From Scyliorhinus canicula (lineage: Eukaryota), in assembly GCF_902713615.1 (NCBI RefSeq), contig NC_052175.1, forward strand, positions 9,775,271 through 9,839,270: a stretch of 64,000 bases of DNA. The letters are read 5' to 3'. The notes beneath the pieces were generated by a model. It worked only from the letters and a program-made list of their open reading frames with translations. It was not told the DNA's origin and ran no database searches. This document shows, piece after piece, positions 35,077 to 49,224 of the stretch (position 1 is the first letter of the stretch; each line of letters begins with the position of its first letter). Position numbers and translations under genes: made by a program.

Positions 35077-38000
35077 ATAGAACATAGAACATAGAACGAT
35101 ACAGCGCAGTACAGGCCCTTCGGCCCTCGATGTTGCACCGACATGGAAAAAAAACTAAAGGCCATCAAACCTACACTATGCCCTTATCATCCATATGCTT
35201 ATCCAATAAACTTTTAAATGCCCTCAATGTTGGCGAGTTCACTACTGTTGCAGGTACGGCATTCCACGGCCTCACCACTCTTTGCGTAAAAAACCCACCT
35301 CTGACCTCTGTCCTATATCTATTACCCCTCAATTTAAGGCTATGTCCCCTCGTGCTAGCCACCTCCATCCGCGGGAGAAGGCTCTCACTGTCCACCCTAT
35401 CTAACCCTCTGATCATTTTGTATGTCTCAATTAAGTCACCTCTTAACCTTCTTCTCTCTAACGAAAACAACCTCAAGTCCATCAGCCTTTCCTCATAAGA
35501 TTTTCCCTCCACACCAGGCAACATCCTGGTAAATCAACTCTGCACCCGTTCCAAAGCTTCCACGTCCTTCCTATAATGAGGCGACCAGAACTGTATGCAA
35601 TACTCCAAATGCGGCCGTACTAGAGTTTTGTACAACTGCAACATGACCTCATGGCTCCGGAACTCAATCCCTCTACCATAGGCCTTCTTCACAACCCTAT
35701 CAACCTGGGTGGCAACTTTCAGGGATCTATGTACATGGACACTGAGATCCCTCTGCTCATCCACACTACCAAGAATTTTACCATTAGCCAAATATTCCGC
35801 ACTCCTGTTATTCTTTCCAAAGTGAATCACCTCACACTTCTCCACATTAAACTCCATTTGCCACCTCTCGGCCCAGCTCTGCAGCTTATCTATGTCCCTC
35901 TGTATCCTGCAACATCCTTCCGCACTGTCTACAACTCCAGCGACTTCAGTGTCGTCTGTAAATTTACTCACCCATCCTTCTGCGCCCTCCTCTAGGTCAT
36001 TTATAAAAATGACAAACAGCAACGGCCGCAGAACAGATCCTTGTGGTACGCCACTAGCAACTGAACTCCATTCTGAACATTTCCCATCAACTACCACTCT
36101 CTGTCTTCTTTCAACTAGCCAATTTCTGATCCACATCTCTAAATCACCCTCAATCCCCAGCCGTATTTTTTGATATAGCCGACCGTGGGGAACCTTATCA
36201 AACGCTTTACTGAAATCCATATACACAACATCAACTGCTCTACCCTCGTCTACCTGTTCAGTCACCATCTCAAAGAACTCGATAAGGTTTGTGAGGCATG
36301 GCCTGCCCTTCACAAAACCATGCTGACTATCCCTAATCATATTATTCCTATCTAGATGATTATAAATCGTATCTTTTATAATCCTCTCCAAGACTTTACC
36401 CACCACAGACGTTAGGCTCACCGGCCTATAGTTACCGGGGTTATCTCTACTCCCCATCTTAAACAACGGGACCACATTTGCTATCCTCCAGTCCTCTGGC
36501 ACTATTCCTGTAGCCAATGATGACCTAAAAAGCAATCCAAAGGCTCAGCAATCTTTTCCCTGGCTTCCCAGAGGATCCTAGGATAAATCCCATCAGGCCC
36601 CGGGGACGTATCTATTTTCACCTTGTCCAGAATTGCCAACACTTCTTCCCTACGGACCTCAATGCCATCTATTCTAATAGCCTGGGTTTCAGCATTCTCC
36701 TCCACAATATTATCTTTTTCCTAAGTGAATACTGACGAAAAGTATTCATTTAGTATCTCGCTTATCTCCTCAGCCTCCACACACAACTTCCCACCACTGT
36801 CCTTGACTGGTCCTACTCTTACCCTAGTCATTATTTTATTCCTGACATACCTATAGAAAGCTTTTGGGTTTTCCTTGATCCTACCTGCCAAAGACTTCTC
36901 ATGTCCCCTCCTTGCTCATCTCAGCTCTCTCTTTAGATCCTTCCTCGCTTCCTTGTAACTCTCAAGCGCACCAACTGAAACTTCACGCCTCATCTTCACA
37001 TAGGCCTCCTTCTTCCTCTTAACAAGGGATTCCACTTCTTTGGTAAACCACGGTTCCCTCGCTCGACCCCTTCCTCCCTGCCTGACTGGTACGTACTTAT
37101 CAAGAACATGCAATAGCTGTTCCTTGAACAAACTCCACATATCCAGTGTGCCCAACCCTTGCACCCTACTTCTCCAACCTACACATCCTAAGTCATGTCT
37201 AATGGCATCATAATTGCCCTTCCCCCAGCTATAACTCTTGCCCTGCGGGGTATACTTATCCCTTTCCATCACTAACGTAAAGGTCACCGAATTGTGGTCA
37301 CTGTTTCCAAAGTGCTCACCTACCTCCAGATCTAACACCTGGCCTGGTTCATTACCCAAAACCAAATCCAATGTGGCCTCGCCTCTTGTTGGCCTGTCAA
37401 CATATTGTGTCAGGAAACCCTCCTGCACACATTGTACAAATAACGACACATACTCGAACTATATATTTCCAGTCAATATTTGGAAAGTTAAAGTCTCCCA
37501 TAACAACTACCCTGTTACTTTCGCTCTTTTCCAGAATCATCTTCGCCATCCTTTCCTCTACATCCCTAGAACTATTAGGTGGCCTATAGAAAACTCCCAA
37601 CAGGGTGACCTCTCCTTTCCTGTTTCTAACCTCAGCCCATACTACCTCGGAAGTAGAGTCCCCATCTAGCATTCTTTCCGCCACCGTAATACTGTCCTTG
37701 ACTAGCAGCGCCACACCTCCCCCTCTTTTGCCCCCTTCTCTGAGCTTACTAAAACACCTAAACCCCGGAACCTGCAAAAACCATTCCTGTCCCTGCTCTA
37801 TCCATGTCTCTGAAATGGCCACAACATCGAAGTCCCAGGTACCAACCCATGCTGCCAGTTCCCCTACCTTATTTCGTATACTCCTGGCATTGAAGTAGAC
37901 ACACTTCAAACCACCTATCTGAACACTGGCACCCTGCTGCGAAGTCAAATCTGTGCTCCTGACCTCTATACTCTCAATCTCCTGTACCTCAAAACTACAA

Positions 38001-38580
38001 TCCAGGTTTCCATGCCCCTGCTGAATTAGTTTAAACCCCCCCAAAGAGCACTAACAAATCTCCCCTCCCCCAGTATATTGGTGCCCCTCAGGTTCAGATG
38101 TAGACCATCCTGTCTATAGAGGTCCCACCTTCCCCAGAAAGAGCCCCAGTTATTCTGAAATCTGAATCCCTCACGCCTGCACCATCCCTGTAGCCACGTG
38201 TTTAATTGCTCTCTCTCCCTATTCCTCATCTCACTATCACGTGGCACGGGCAACAACCCAGAGATAACAACTCTGTTTGTTCTCGCTCTGAGCTTCCATC
38301 CTAGCTCCCTAAAGGCCTGCCTGACATCCTTGTCCCCTTTCCTACCTATGCCGTTAGTGCCAATGTGGACTACGACTTGGGGCTGCTCCCCCTCCCCCTT
38401 AAGGACCCGGAAAACACGATCCGAGACATCACGTACCCTTGCACCTGGGAGGTAACAGACCAAACGTGAGTCTCTCTCGCTCCCACAAAATCTCCTATCT
38501 GTGCCCCTGACTATTGAGTCCCCAATTACTAATGTTCTACTCCTTTCCCCCCTTCCCTTCTGAGCAACAGGGACAGACTC
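35077..38580 (-). mobile_element. Young CR1 LINE, nearly full length (esterase ORF1 part, EN, RT, (ATAGAAC)n tail), frameshifted
   Basis: ORFs 38026-38649, 37397-38044, 36916-37449, 35534-36535 and 35171-35524; tail repeats at 35077-35100. Confidence 0.93.
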
Positions 38581-39226
38581 CGTGCTACTGCTTATTTTAT
38601 CCATTACTGTCATCATCGAGCTCCCTCTCTCAATACATCCTACAATCACTTTTCTTCAACCGAAACATCTCAAATTGCTCAGTGATTTCGAGATGTTAAT
38701 CAGCCTGTCGATGGAAAGGTTTTTCCTCATGTCGGCTCCAAAATTTCGACCAATCACCTTAAATCTATGTTGACAACCCAACTTGAGAAACAAATCTTGC
38801 ATGTCTAAACAAATCCGCCAGCTGCAAATGTATCCTTACTGTGTCTAATCTTGCTCGTCTTCACGGTTTCAAAGGTCCATATATTCGCCCCACTTGGATT
38901 GGATTGGATTGGATTTGTTTATTGCCACATGTACCAAGGAAGAGTGAAAAGTATTTTTCTGCAAGAAGCTCAACATATCATTAAGTACATGGGAAGATAA
39001 GGGAATTATTGACAATGCATAATTGGGAAACACAAAGTATACAATATAACTACAGAAACATGGGCATCGGATGAAGCATACAGATTGTCAGTCGATAAGA
39101 GGGTCGTGTAGGAGTCCGGTAACAGCGAGGAAAACGTTGTTTTGAGTCTGTTCGTGAGTGTTCTCAGACTTCTGTACCTCATACCCGACAGAAGACTTTG
39201 GAAGAGTGAGTAAGCCGGGTTGGAGG

Positions 39227-42200
39227 ATTTTCTTTCAATAAAGGATTTTATTGGGTTTTTCAAAAAGGTATAATTACCGTTATGTACTCAGAATAAGAAA
39301 CATATCCAATACACATATTTGAAGAGAAGGGCTCACCCCAACATAAATACAATAAAATATGAAATAGCAGCAGCTCTGTGCATCTGGCAGAATTATTTAC
39401 ACCACGTAAGTAGGCGACTGCTTCCGGAAAGGGGGGGGGTGGGGGAGGGGGGAAGGGAGGGTGGGGGGGGGGGGAGGAGGCAGGGGTGGCGGGGATTGGG
39501 AGCGCGAAAAATACATTTGGGTTCGGGCAGATAATTACAGTGTGCGATCCTTGGCTGTGTTGTGTGCTGTTGTTGCCTGCTTCTCCCGGACGGTACTCAC
39601 TGCCGTCCCCCGCTCGCCTCCGCTTCTGCAGCTCCTCCCGTCCTCCATCTTTAATTTCCTCGTTACCCGCTCCTGGAGATGTCATGCACGGTTTGGCATC
39701 CCGTGCCTTCCTTCCGGCTCCCGTTTCCCTGCCCCCCGTCCCATCCCGCTGGTTCTCCTCTCTTGTTCGCCACCCCCCTCCACAGTTCGCATTTCTTTCC
39801 TCAGGTTTAGCTGTCTCCCCCTGCCCCTCCCCCCTGTGTGTTCGCCTTTCTTTCTTCAAGTTTAGCCGCCCCCCTCCCTCCCTCCCAGTCCCCCTCTCCC
39901 GTTCACGCCTTGGCTACCCTACCCTGATTATTGACTAATTTCAGCGGATTCTTGGCTACCTGGCTATTCTTCCTCTTGTTCGTTGGCCACTAACAGGTCC
40001 CGGAACAGTTGCATGAATGGCTCCCACGTTCTGTGGAAGCCGTCGTCTGACCCTCGGATGGAGAATTTGATTTTCTCCATTTGGATAGATTCCGAGAGGT
40101 CGGAAATCCAGTCCGCCCTCCTCCCTAGGAATAGATCTGGTTGGTCCGATACCCCGAATACCGCCACTTTCGGGCATGGCTTCACCCTCACTCCCACCAC
40201 TTTGGACATTGCCTCGAAGGAGGCTGTCCACTACTCCACAAGTCTGGGGCAAGACCAGAACATGTGGGAATGGTTGGCCGGGCCTACATGGCACCGTTCA
40301 CATCTGCCCTCCACCTCCGGGAAGAACCTATCCATGCGGGTTCCTGTTAAGTGGGTTCTATGTACCACTTTTAGCTGTGTCTGGCTGAGCCTTGCGCACG
40401 TGGTGGTGGAGTTGGCCCTATGCAATGCTTTGTTCCAGAGTCCCCATCCTATTTCAATCCCCAGGTCCTCCTCCCATTTCTTTCTTGTTGCGTCCAGTAC
40501 GGTGTCGGCCCTTTCTGTCAGTCGGACGTACATGTCACTACAGTTCCCCTTGTCTAGTATGCTTGCGTCCAATAGTTCTTCCAGTAGTGTCTGTCGTGGT
40601 GGTTGTGGGAACGTCCTTGTCTCCTTTCGTAGGAAGTTTTTAAGCTGTAGATACCATAGCTCGTTCCCCCTAACTAGCCGAAATTTATCTGTCACTTCGT
40701 CCAGTGTTGTGATCCTGCCGTCCATGTGTAGGTCCCTGACTGTCAGTGTCCCTGCGTCCTGCCTCCACCTTTTGAAGGTGGCGACAGTCAATGCTGATGT
40801 GAACCTATGGTTGTTGCAGATGGGAGCTTTGTCAGACATTTTGGTCAGGCTGAATTGCTGCCGCAGTTGGTTCCAGGATTGGAGGGTGGCTATCACCACC
40901 GGGCTGCTGGAATGTTTTTTGGGTGGGGATGGGAGTGCTGCCGTGGCGAGGGCCCGGAGTGTGGTTCCCGCGCGTGAGGCCACCTCCATGCGAACCCACT
41001 CGGCCTCTGGCTCCTGGATCCATCTCCTTATTCTCTCGGACGTTGCCGCCCAGTGGTAGAATTGAAGAATTGGATGGGCTCGCACCCCCCCCCCACCCGG
41101 ATTTTGTTTCTTGTAGGAACTTCTTTGGGATCCTAGCATTTTTAACCCCCCCCCCCCTCCCCCCCCCCCCCCCCCCCCCCCCTCCCGCCGATACGAACGC
41201 CATGATTAATTTGTCCAGCTCTTTGAAAAAGGTCTTGGGGATGTAGATCGGAATGGATCTCATCAGGACGAGGAACGTGGGCAGTACGTTCATTTTGATC
41301 GTCTGGACTCTCCCCGCGAGGGACAGTTGGAGTGTGTTCCATATTTGCAGGTCCTTTTTTACTTCCTCCGTTAGACTGGTTAGGTTCCATTTGTGGATCC
41401 CTTTCCAGTCATGGGCTATAATGGGTCCCCAGGTAGCTGAATGTGTGTCGGGCTTGTTTAAACGGTAGCCCCTTTAGTGCTGCCCCCCCCCCCCCCCACA
41501 CACACACACACACATACACACACATACACTTGCGGGTGTACTGGGAAGATATCGCTTGTGCTCATGTTGAGTTTGTAGCCCGAGAAGGCTCCAAACTCTT
41601 TCAGGAGCGCAATGATCCCGTCCAAGCTGCTCTGTGGGTCCGAAATGTAGAGGAGCAGGTCATCTGCATAGAGTGAGTCTGTGCTCTCTGTCTCCCCTTC
41701 GGATCCCCCAAAAACATTTTGCTGCCCTGAGCGTGATTGCTAGCGGTTCGATCGCTAGGGCGAACAGCAGCGGGGACAGTGAGCATCCTTGTCAGGTGCC
41801 CCTGTGTAGTTGGAAGTATTGGGAGTTGGTATTGTTGGTCCTTACGCTCGCCATGGGAACTTTGTATAGGAGCTTTACCCAAGAGGTGATCCCTGTTCCA
41901 AGCCCAAACCGCTCCAGTAGCTCTATGAGGTATTCCCATTCGATCTGTCGAAGGCCTTTTCTGAATCCAGGGAGATGATCACCTCTAGTGTTCTCTCCCC
42001 GGAGGGGGTCATTATCACGTTCAACAGGCGACTGATGTTCGAGGTAAGCTCTCTACCTTTGACGATGCCCGTCTGGTCCTCTGTGACCTCCTCAGCTACA
42101 CAGTCTTCTAGCCTTTTGGCTAGGATTTTGGCTTGGATTTTGGCGTTTGCGTTTAGCAGTGAGATGGATCTATATGACCCACATTCCGTTGGGTCTTTGT

Positions 42201-43066
42201 CCTTCTTAGGTATCAGCGAGATTGAGGCCTGTGCTAGCGTGGGTGGCAGTGTGCCCCTAGCTAGCGACTCTGTGAACATCTCCCGCAGGTGCGGGGCCAG
42301 CGCTGTCGCGAATTTTTTGTAGACGTCCGTCTGGAATCTATCAGTTCCCGGTGCCTTTTCCGTCTGCATGGAACTAATGCTGTCCATGATCTCGCCCACT
42401 GCTAGTGGTGCGTCCAGGTCCCGTTTCCTGCCCTCCCCCACGACTGGAATGTCCAGTCCAACAAGGAACCGTTTCATCCGAGACTCCATCCTTGGGGGCA
42501 CTGAGGTGTACAGCTCTTGGTAGAAGGCCTTGAAGGTTTTGTTAATCTTTTCTGTTTCCGTTTTCAACGTGCCTCCGGTACCCCTGATTTGTACAACTTC
42601 TCTGGTGGCTGCCTGTTTTCTCAGCTGGTGTGACAACAGGCGGCTGGCTTAGTCTCCGTGTTCGTACAGGGTCCCGCGCGCCTGGTGGAGTTGGTGCACT
42701 GCTTTCCTGGTGGAGAGCAGGTCAAAGTTCCTATGTAGTTCTTTCCTCTCTGCCAGGAGCTCTATGATCGGGGCCTCGGAGTATTTACCGTCTACCTCCA
42801 GTACAGAGTCGGTCAGCTGCTGCCTAGCCACCCTTTGCTCCCTGTCTCTTTGCGCCTTGAAAGCGATGATTTCCCCTCTTAGTACGGCTTTTAGCGCTTC
42901 CCAGAACGTGGAAGGAGAGACCTCCCCGTTTTGGTTGTTCTCCATGTACTCTGCTATGGTCTGCACGGTCCTTTCGCTGAAGACCTTGTCAGCCAGTAAG
43001 GCACCGTCCAACCTCCATGTGTGGCGCTGGGTCCTTCCCGTCTCTAGCCGCACGTCCATGTAATGG
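39227..43066 (-). mobile_element. L1-clade LINE, 5'-truncated within the endonuclease
   Basis: SYRSISLLN, GTRQGCSLSP, YADDLLL, C-terminal CERC..H....C motif, 3' AATAAA with A-rich end, flanking GGAGG repeats (39222-39226 and 43067-43071). Confidence 0.88.
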
Positions 43067-43265
43067 GGAGGTGTTTTTGATTATGCTTCCCGCTTTTCCC
43101 AGGCAGCGGGAGGTGTAGATGGAGTCAATGTATGGGAGGTAGGTTTGTGTGATGGACTGGCCAGTGTTCACGACTCTCTGTAGTTTCTTGCGGTCCACGG
43201 CCGTAGCCAATCTTTTTCATGCCAGGCTGTGATGCAGCCAGATAGAATGCTTTCTCTGGTGCATC

Positions 43266-44348
43266 ACAGAGAGGCAGAGAGTTGGGATAAAAGGTTCTTT
43301 TTCGGAATGGCAGCCGGTGACCAGCGGTGTCCCACAGGGTTCAGTGTTGGGGCCACAGCTGTTCACCATATATATTAATGATCTGGATGAAGGGACTGGG
43401 GGCATTCTAGCGAAGTTGCCGATGATACGAAGTTAGATGGTCAGGCAGGTAGTGCTGAGGAAGTGGGGAGGCTGCAGAAGGATCTAGACAGTTTGGAAGA
43501 GGGGTGCAGGAAATGGCTGATGCAATTCAACGTGAGAAAATGTGAGGTCTTGCACTTTGCAAAAAAGAATCCAAGCATGGACTACTTTCTAAACGGTGAG
43601 AAAATTCATAATGCCAAAGTACAAAGGGATCTGGGAGTGCTAGTCGAGGATTCCCTAAAGGTAAACATGCAGGTTGAATCCGTGATTAAGAAAGCAAATG
43701 CAATGTTGTCATTTATCTCAAGAGGGTTGGAATATAAAAGCAGCGATGTGCTACTGAGCCTTTATAAGGCTCTGGTTAGGCCCCATTTGGAGTACTGTGT
43801 CCAGTTTTGGGCCCCACATCTCAGGAAGGACATACTGGCACTGGAGCTGTGTCCAGCGGAGATTCACACGGATGATCCCTGGAATGGCGGGTCTAACATA
43901 TGATGAAAGGCTGAGGATCCTGGGATTGTATTCATTGGAGTTTAGAAGGTTAAGGGGAGATCTAATAGAAACTTACAAGATAATACATGGCTTAGAAAGG
44001 GTGGACGCAAAGAAACTGTTTCCGTTAGGCGAGGAGACGAGGACCCGTGGGCACAGCCTTAGAATTAGAGGGGGTAAATTCAGAACAGAATTGCGGAGAC
44101 ATTTCTTCAGCCAGAGAGTGGTGGGCCTGTGGAATTCATTGCCGCGGAGTGCAGTGGAGGCCGGGACGCTAAATGGCTTCAAGGCAGAGATAGATAAATT
44201 CTTGATGTCGCGAGGAATTAAGGGCTATGGGGAGAATGCTGGTAGGTGGAGTTGAAATGCCCATCAGCCATGATTGAATGGCGGAGTGGACTCGATGGGC
44301 CGAATGGCCTTACTTCCACTCCAATGTCTTATGGTCTTATGGTCTTAT
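43266..44348 (+). mobile_element. CR1 LINE 3' part with (TTATGGTC)n tail
   Basis: [34 protein letters not shown]. Confidence 0.9.
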
Positions 44349-45469
44349 CTGTAAAAGTTGGTAAGGGTGAATGAGACATGCCAAATTTCCTTAGATTCAT
44401 GGGGGCATACAGGCGATGTTGTGCTTTCGTAGTGGTTGCGTCGACATTGGTGCACCAGGACATCTTTTGAATATGTGCACCCCAGGGATTTGAAACAGCT
44501 AAATATCTCCACCTTGGCCTCAATGATACTGTCTGTGGTGTGTACAGTACTTTGCTTCCTGAAGTCAATGACCAGCTCTTTAACTTTGCTGGCATCGAGG
44601 GAGAGATTATTGTCGCTGAACCACTCCACTAGGTTCTCTATCTCTCTCCTGTATTCTGACTCGTCGTTATTCGAGATCAGGCCCACTACGGTCGTATCGT
44701 CAACAAACTTGTAGATGGAGTTGGAAACACATTTTGCCACGCAGTCGTGTCTGTAGAGAGGCTAGAGTAGGGGGCTAAGTATGCAACTTTGCGGTGACCC
44801 GTATTGAGGACTATTGTGGATGAGGTGTTGTTGTTCTTTCTTACTGACTGTGGTCTGCTGGTCAGGATGTTGAAAATCCAGTCGCAGAGTCGAGAGCCAA
44901 GACCAGATATCGGTGGAATACTCATCCAAGTAGTGGACCAAAGGGAGTTTTCAGGAGTTTCTACCACATCTCCATTTTGAAAAATACATCAACTTTGTAT
45001 ATATCTCTCTACTTAATCACAGATTATATACCTGGTTATTTTGAATATAGTTATGAACATGAAACTCCATCGACATTCGATCCTTCGACTCTTTTTCGTA
45101 CTGTGCCGCCCTGTCGACATCTTCTCTCGTCATCTCAAGGTTCTATACAGCCGTAGCAAGACTTACCATCCTGCCTTCTTTGCTTCACTCCAACTGTTCT
45201 TCTTATTTTTTTTCTTTCACTCCCTGTCTCATCTCGTCCTCCATCGTTGCTTCGCCCCTTCTCAAACACATTTAATCCTTCTTTGCCCCACTCAGTCCAT
45301 CCATCCCTACGTGTTTGCCACGGAAACGTTGAAAGTTCGCAGTGCAGAAAGAGACTACTCGGCCGATTGTGCCTGTGCCAACCAAAATAGAGAAAAAAGC
45401 AACTAGCCGTTCACTTTAGCATAATTTCCAACACTTGGTTTGTTATATCAAATCCAGTTCCACGTGCCG

Positions 45470-46030
45470 TTCAAATGAGTTGAGCATTTCAGCCTCAACT
45501 AGTGCCACAGACAGTGATTGCGTGACGCCCACCAACCTGTGAATGGAAACGATATCCTTATGTCTGCTCTAAAATGTCGACCAATCACCTCAAATCTATC
45601 GTTGGCACCTCACCTGTAAAAACAAGTCTTGCCTGCCTATCGTGCCAAAGGGCCCTCATGTTCACCGCAGTAAGGCCACCTCATATTCACCTGTATTCCA
45701 AGGGAAACCACCCCAGCTATCCAATCACTTCCCATAGCTGCAATTTTCTGGTCTTTGCAAAATTCTTGTACATCTCCTCTGCCCTCTCTCCAGAGCAATT
45801 ATGTCGTTCCTGGAAAGTGATGAGCAGAATTGGACAAACAGTCCAACTGTGGCCTCATCAACATTTTACATACTTCCAACATTACAGCTTTGCTATCCAC
45901 CCAAAAACGGAAACCATCTCATATGCGTTTTTTTTCAACCTTGACCAGCTGTGCTGCCACATTAAACGACCTGTTGGCCTGCACTCCAAAGTTCTTCAAC
46001 TTCTAAGACCACTCCCAATACGTCCTCTTG
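45470..46030 (-). mobile_element. Degraded CR1 3' fragment
   Basis: gtccaactgtggcctca and cctcatattcacctgtattcc remnants. Confidence 0.5.
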
Positions 46031-46479
46031 TGTTTATTGCTCCCTCACGTTAATATAAGGCAGGTCAAATGAGAGAAAATGATGACCATCACGCGGACTT
46101 GGCCAATTCAATCTGAAGAAACGTCATGGCAATTTGAGCACAGACTAATTCAATTTGGCCCACAATACATATGATAATATTTGCTCAAAACTGACTTTCT
46201 TTCTTCACCTCTTTCCACTTTCTGGCCCAACGAATTAATGTCATGCTCTGTTCGGAAGTAAACAAACTAATTTTTCATCTGTCGATGGAAAATTGGAGGC
46301 AAAATTGGCACTGACACCAAAACGTTTGTGGTACTGAGCAATCATCTTCTGTACTCACAGGCTGATTCACTTTCCTTCTTTCGGGTCAAACCATGTTACT
46401 GCCGAAATATTACACCTGCGCACAATTACCTACAATGCCTTGAAGAAATCGTGTCCAGACACAGTTTCACAGTGGTTAG

Positions 46480-46700
46480 CTCTGGATTCCCGACTTTGGG
46501 TCACTGCCTGTGCGGAGTCTGCACGTTCTCCCTGTGTCTGCGTGGGTTTCCTCCGGGTGCTCCTATTTCCCCCCACAGTCCCGAAATACTTGCTTGTTAG
46601 GTGAATTGGACATTCTGAATTCGCCCTCTGTGTACCCGCACAGGCGCCAGATTTTGACGACCAGGATTTTCACAGTAACTTCATTTCAGAATAAATGTAA
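46480..46700 (+). mobile_element. V-SINE with alternative (ttttcacagtaacttcatt) tail
   Basis: HE1-like core joined to the same tail as the SINE at 8551-8735. Confidence 0.65.
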
Positions 46701-47079
46701 GTCTAATTGTTAGACAAAAATCATGAAGAGTACAATAAATAGATTTGCGTTCCGGTAACGTCTTTCAAATTCCGCACAGTAATTGCCCAGAAAAGAAAAG
46801 AACACATGATCCAGATGTTCTACATGAGATCTTCGTTGAGAAATGAAATATCACTGCGCACAAACAATAGAAGACACGACCCACTCCAGATTGTTTTCCA
46901 GTTGTAGCGGTTTCAGCTTTAATTTTGGGTCAAGCAGTGCAACGATCACTAAGTTCAGCACCAGAGTGTCAGTGTGAACATATTCTCAAGTCTCAGGAGG
47001 GAGGTCTCCAATGTCTGACTCTGACGGAAGTGCTGGGAGCTGAGAGAGATGCAGAGCGGCCCCAGATTCATCGCTAACA

Positions 47080-47815
47080 ATCATAGAACATTGAACACAG
47101 AACATTAAGTGCAGAAGGAGGCCATTCGGCCCACCAAGTTGGCACCGACCCATTTAAGCCCTCACTTCCATCCTATTCCCGTTACCCAAAAAAACCCATT
47201 CTAACCTCTTTGCACACGAAAGGCAATTTAGCATGGCCAATCCAACTAACCTGCACGTCCTTGGACTGTGGGTGGAAACCGGAGCACCCGGAGAAAACCC
47301 ACGCAGACATGGGGAGAACGTGCAGGCTCCGCACAGACAGTGACCTAGATGGGAATCCAAACAGGGACACTGCAGCTGTGAAGCCACTGTTCTGTTCACT
47401 CGTATCACCGTGCTTCCGGTTAATCACATTCGCACAATCTCACGGACACAAATACAGCCACATAAGGACTCGCAGAAATAAGAAATAGAAACTAATGTAA
47501 ATTCGCTGTAATTCTGACACGGGAACGAATTATCAGATTGGGGAAAGGAAGAGGGACATTTTCAGATTTGAAATACACAAATCGGATGGATATTGACTCC
47601 AATTTAAATTATTTTCCAATATTGCTCTTCGAATTAAGGGACACTTCAGCGTGGCCAACCCACCTACTCTGAATATATTTGGACTGTGCGGATGAGACCG
47701 ACGCAGACAAGGAGAGAATGTGGAATCTCCACACGGTCAGTGACTCAGGGACGGATCAAACCCGTTTCCTCCGCGAGGTGAGGCAGCAGTGCTAACTACT
47801 GCGCCGCCATGCCGC
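47080..47815 (-). mobile_element. Two HE1-type SINEs (47080-47417, 47640-47815)
   Basis: Core and head motifs. Confidence 0.8.
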
Positions 47816-49224
47816 CCGATCACTACAATTCAGACGTTGGACACTCAGACGTGCTCTTTGTTAACCTTTTGGAATATCCAGCAAGGGGAGATAATGTACT
47901 CTGCTCCAAAGATCATCACGTTTCTGTGCAGTATTACAAAAGTTCACAATAACCTAACTTGTATTTCACACTTTGCCTCTGTTTTAGGATTAATCTGTGT
48001 ATTAGTCATTCAGATATGAATCTAAATGTTATGCTTTTCAGGCTGATCTGACACTAATTAGAGAGGCACAATACAGCAATGCTCCTCTAATACTTCTATG
48101 AGGAATTATTCCTTCAAGCTCCCGAACACTCCAACTTTCCCCAAAACAGAAAGTGTCCGGCAATCTGTCAAAGATCCCGCCAATCTAAAGGGCAGAATCA
48201 TTTTTCAATGGATGGACATGCATGGTCTATCCCTTGTTTCTTGTAACTACTGTCCAGCAAACCTATTGCTGTCATTATCAGTCAAATTTCCTCAATTTCA
48301 CATTTATTCTTCGGCAACATTTCGATGTCACTTACCTGTTTGTCATTGTTCCCGCCCTTCTCTTTGTATTTTTCCTCTCAACATACAAAACGCATCAGGC
48401 GAAATAATCAAACTTACATTAAGTTTTACAAATCCTGTCTCGGTGTCAGAAGAAGTCGCGATGAGAAATAAATCCCGTTCCTAGAGCATTTTGAAGCTCA
48501 CGGAACATCTGCAATTGGAAAAAGTGCTGGCGTGTAACTGAGTGAACAGTGTTAATACAGATACGGCCTCAGGGAAGACATTTGCAAATGGTTCATTCAC
48601 TTGCTTTCAATTGTGGTGTCTCTTGACTCGTTCTTCTCAATGACGAAACGAGTTAATAATTTCAATATGATAATTCGGCCAACAATTATGATTACGCAAT
48701 TGCGCTTCATAAACGTGAATCTTCAACTGATCTGCCGGGTTTACGAATCCAACTGAACAAAACGATGCAGAGTAGAACGGGATTCGCCAGTACAGTTACT
48801 ACAGCAAGAAGGACCGCATTGGACCATCCCACATAAATACAATACTTAGAGAATGCTGCTTTAACAAACCAGACATTTTTATTTGGAAGGTGGGGCTGAT
48901 TTTCTGATAGGAAATGCAAACCAGTTTAAAAGATGGATCAGCAAACTCCTGTGTGACATCAATCATAAAAATAAAACGGGCAACGGCAGAGTTAAGAACG
49001 GAATAAATGACACTCCGTTGGCTGCTTGACATCAATTAACTGAAAGCACAATCTGATTCGTTCCATATTCATAATGCATCAGAATATATCATGTCAACAT
49101 CATTTCCTGCCTTATTTTTTAAGTGACTCGTGGATTTTTGCAGACCCGGAAGGAGTCAATTGGTTAATCGTGCCTGTGGTCTGCTCCTTTAATCATGTAT
49201 CCAAATAGTCACACCATTCTTGTT

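Larger units (their letters stand above)
38895..44895 (-). mobile_element. Rex1/Babar-type LINE in three pieces (38895-39226, 43067-43265, 44346-44895) split by L1 and CR1 insertions
   Basis: RT KFVDDTTVVGLISNNDESEYRREIENL..NNLSL; 3' tail (ATCCA)n; pieces rejoin at the insertion junctions. Confidence 0.78.

Noticed and set aside
39983-41059. 358-aa plus-strand ORF
   Set aside because: Antisense shadow of L1 ORF2; many other track ORFs are similar shadows of CR1s and SINEs.
45160-45400. Minus-strand exon-like segment ending ATG|gtaagt
   Set aside because: No open frame, acceptor or partner exon could be identified.
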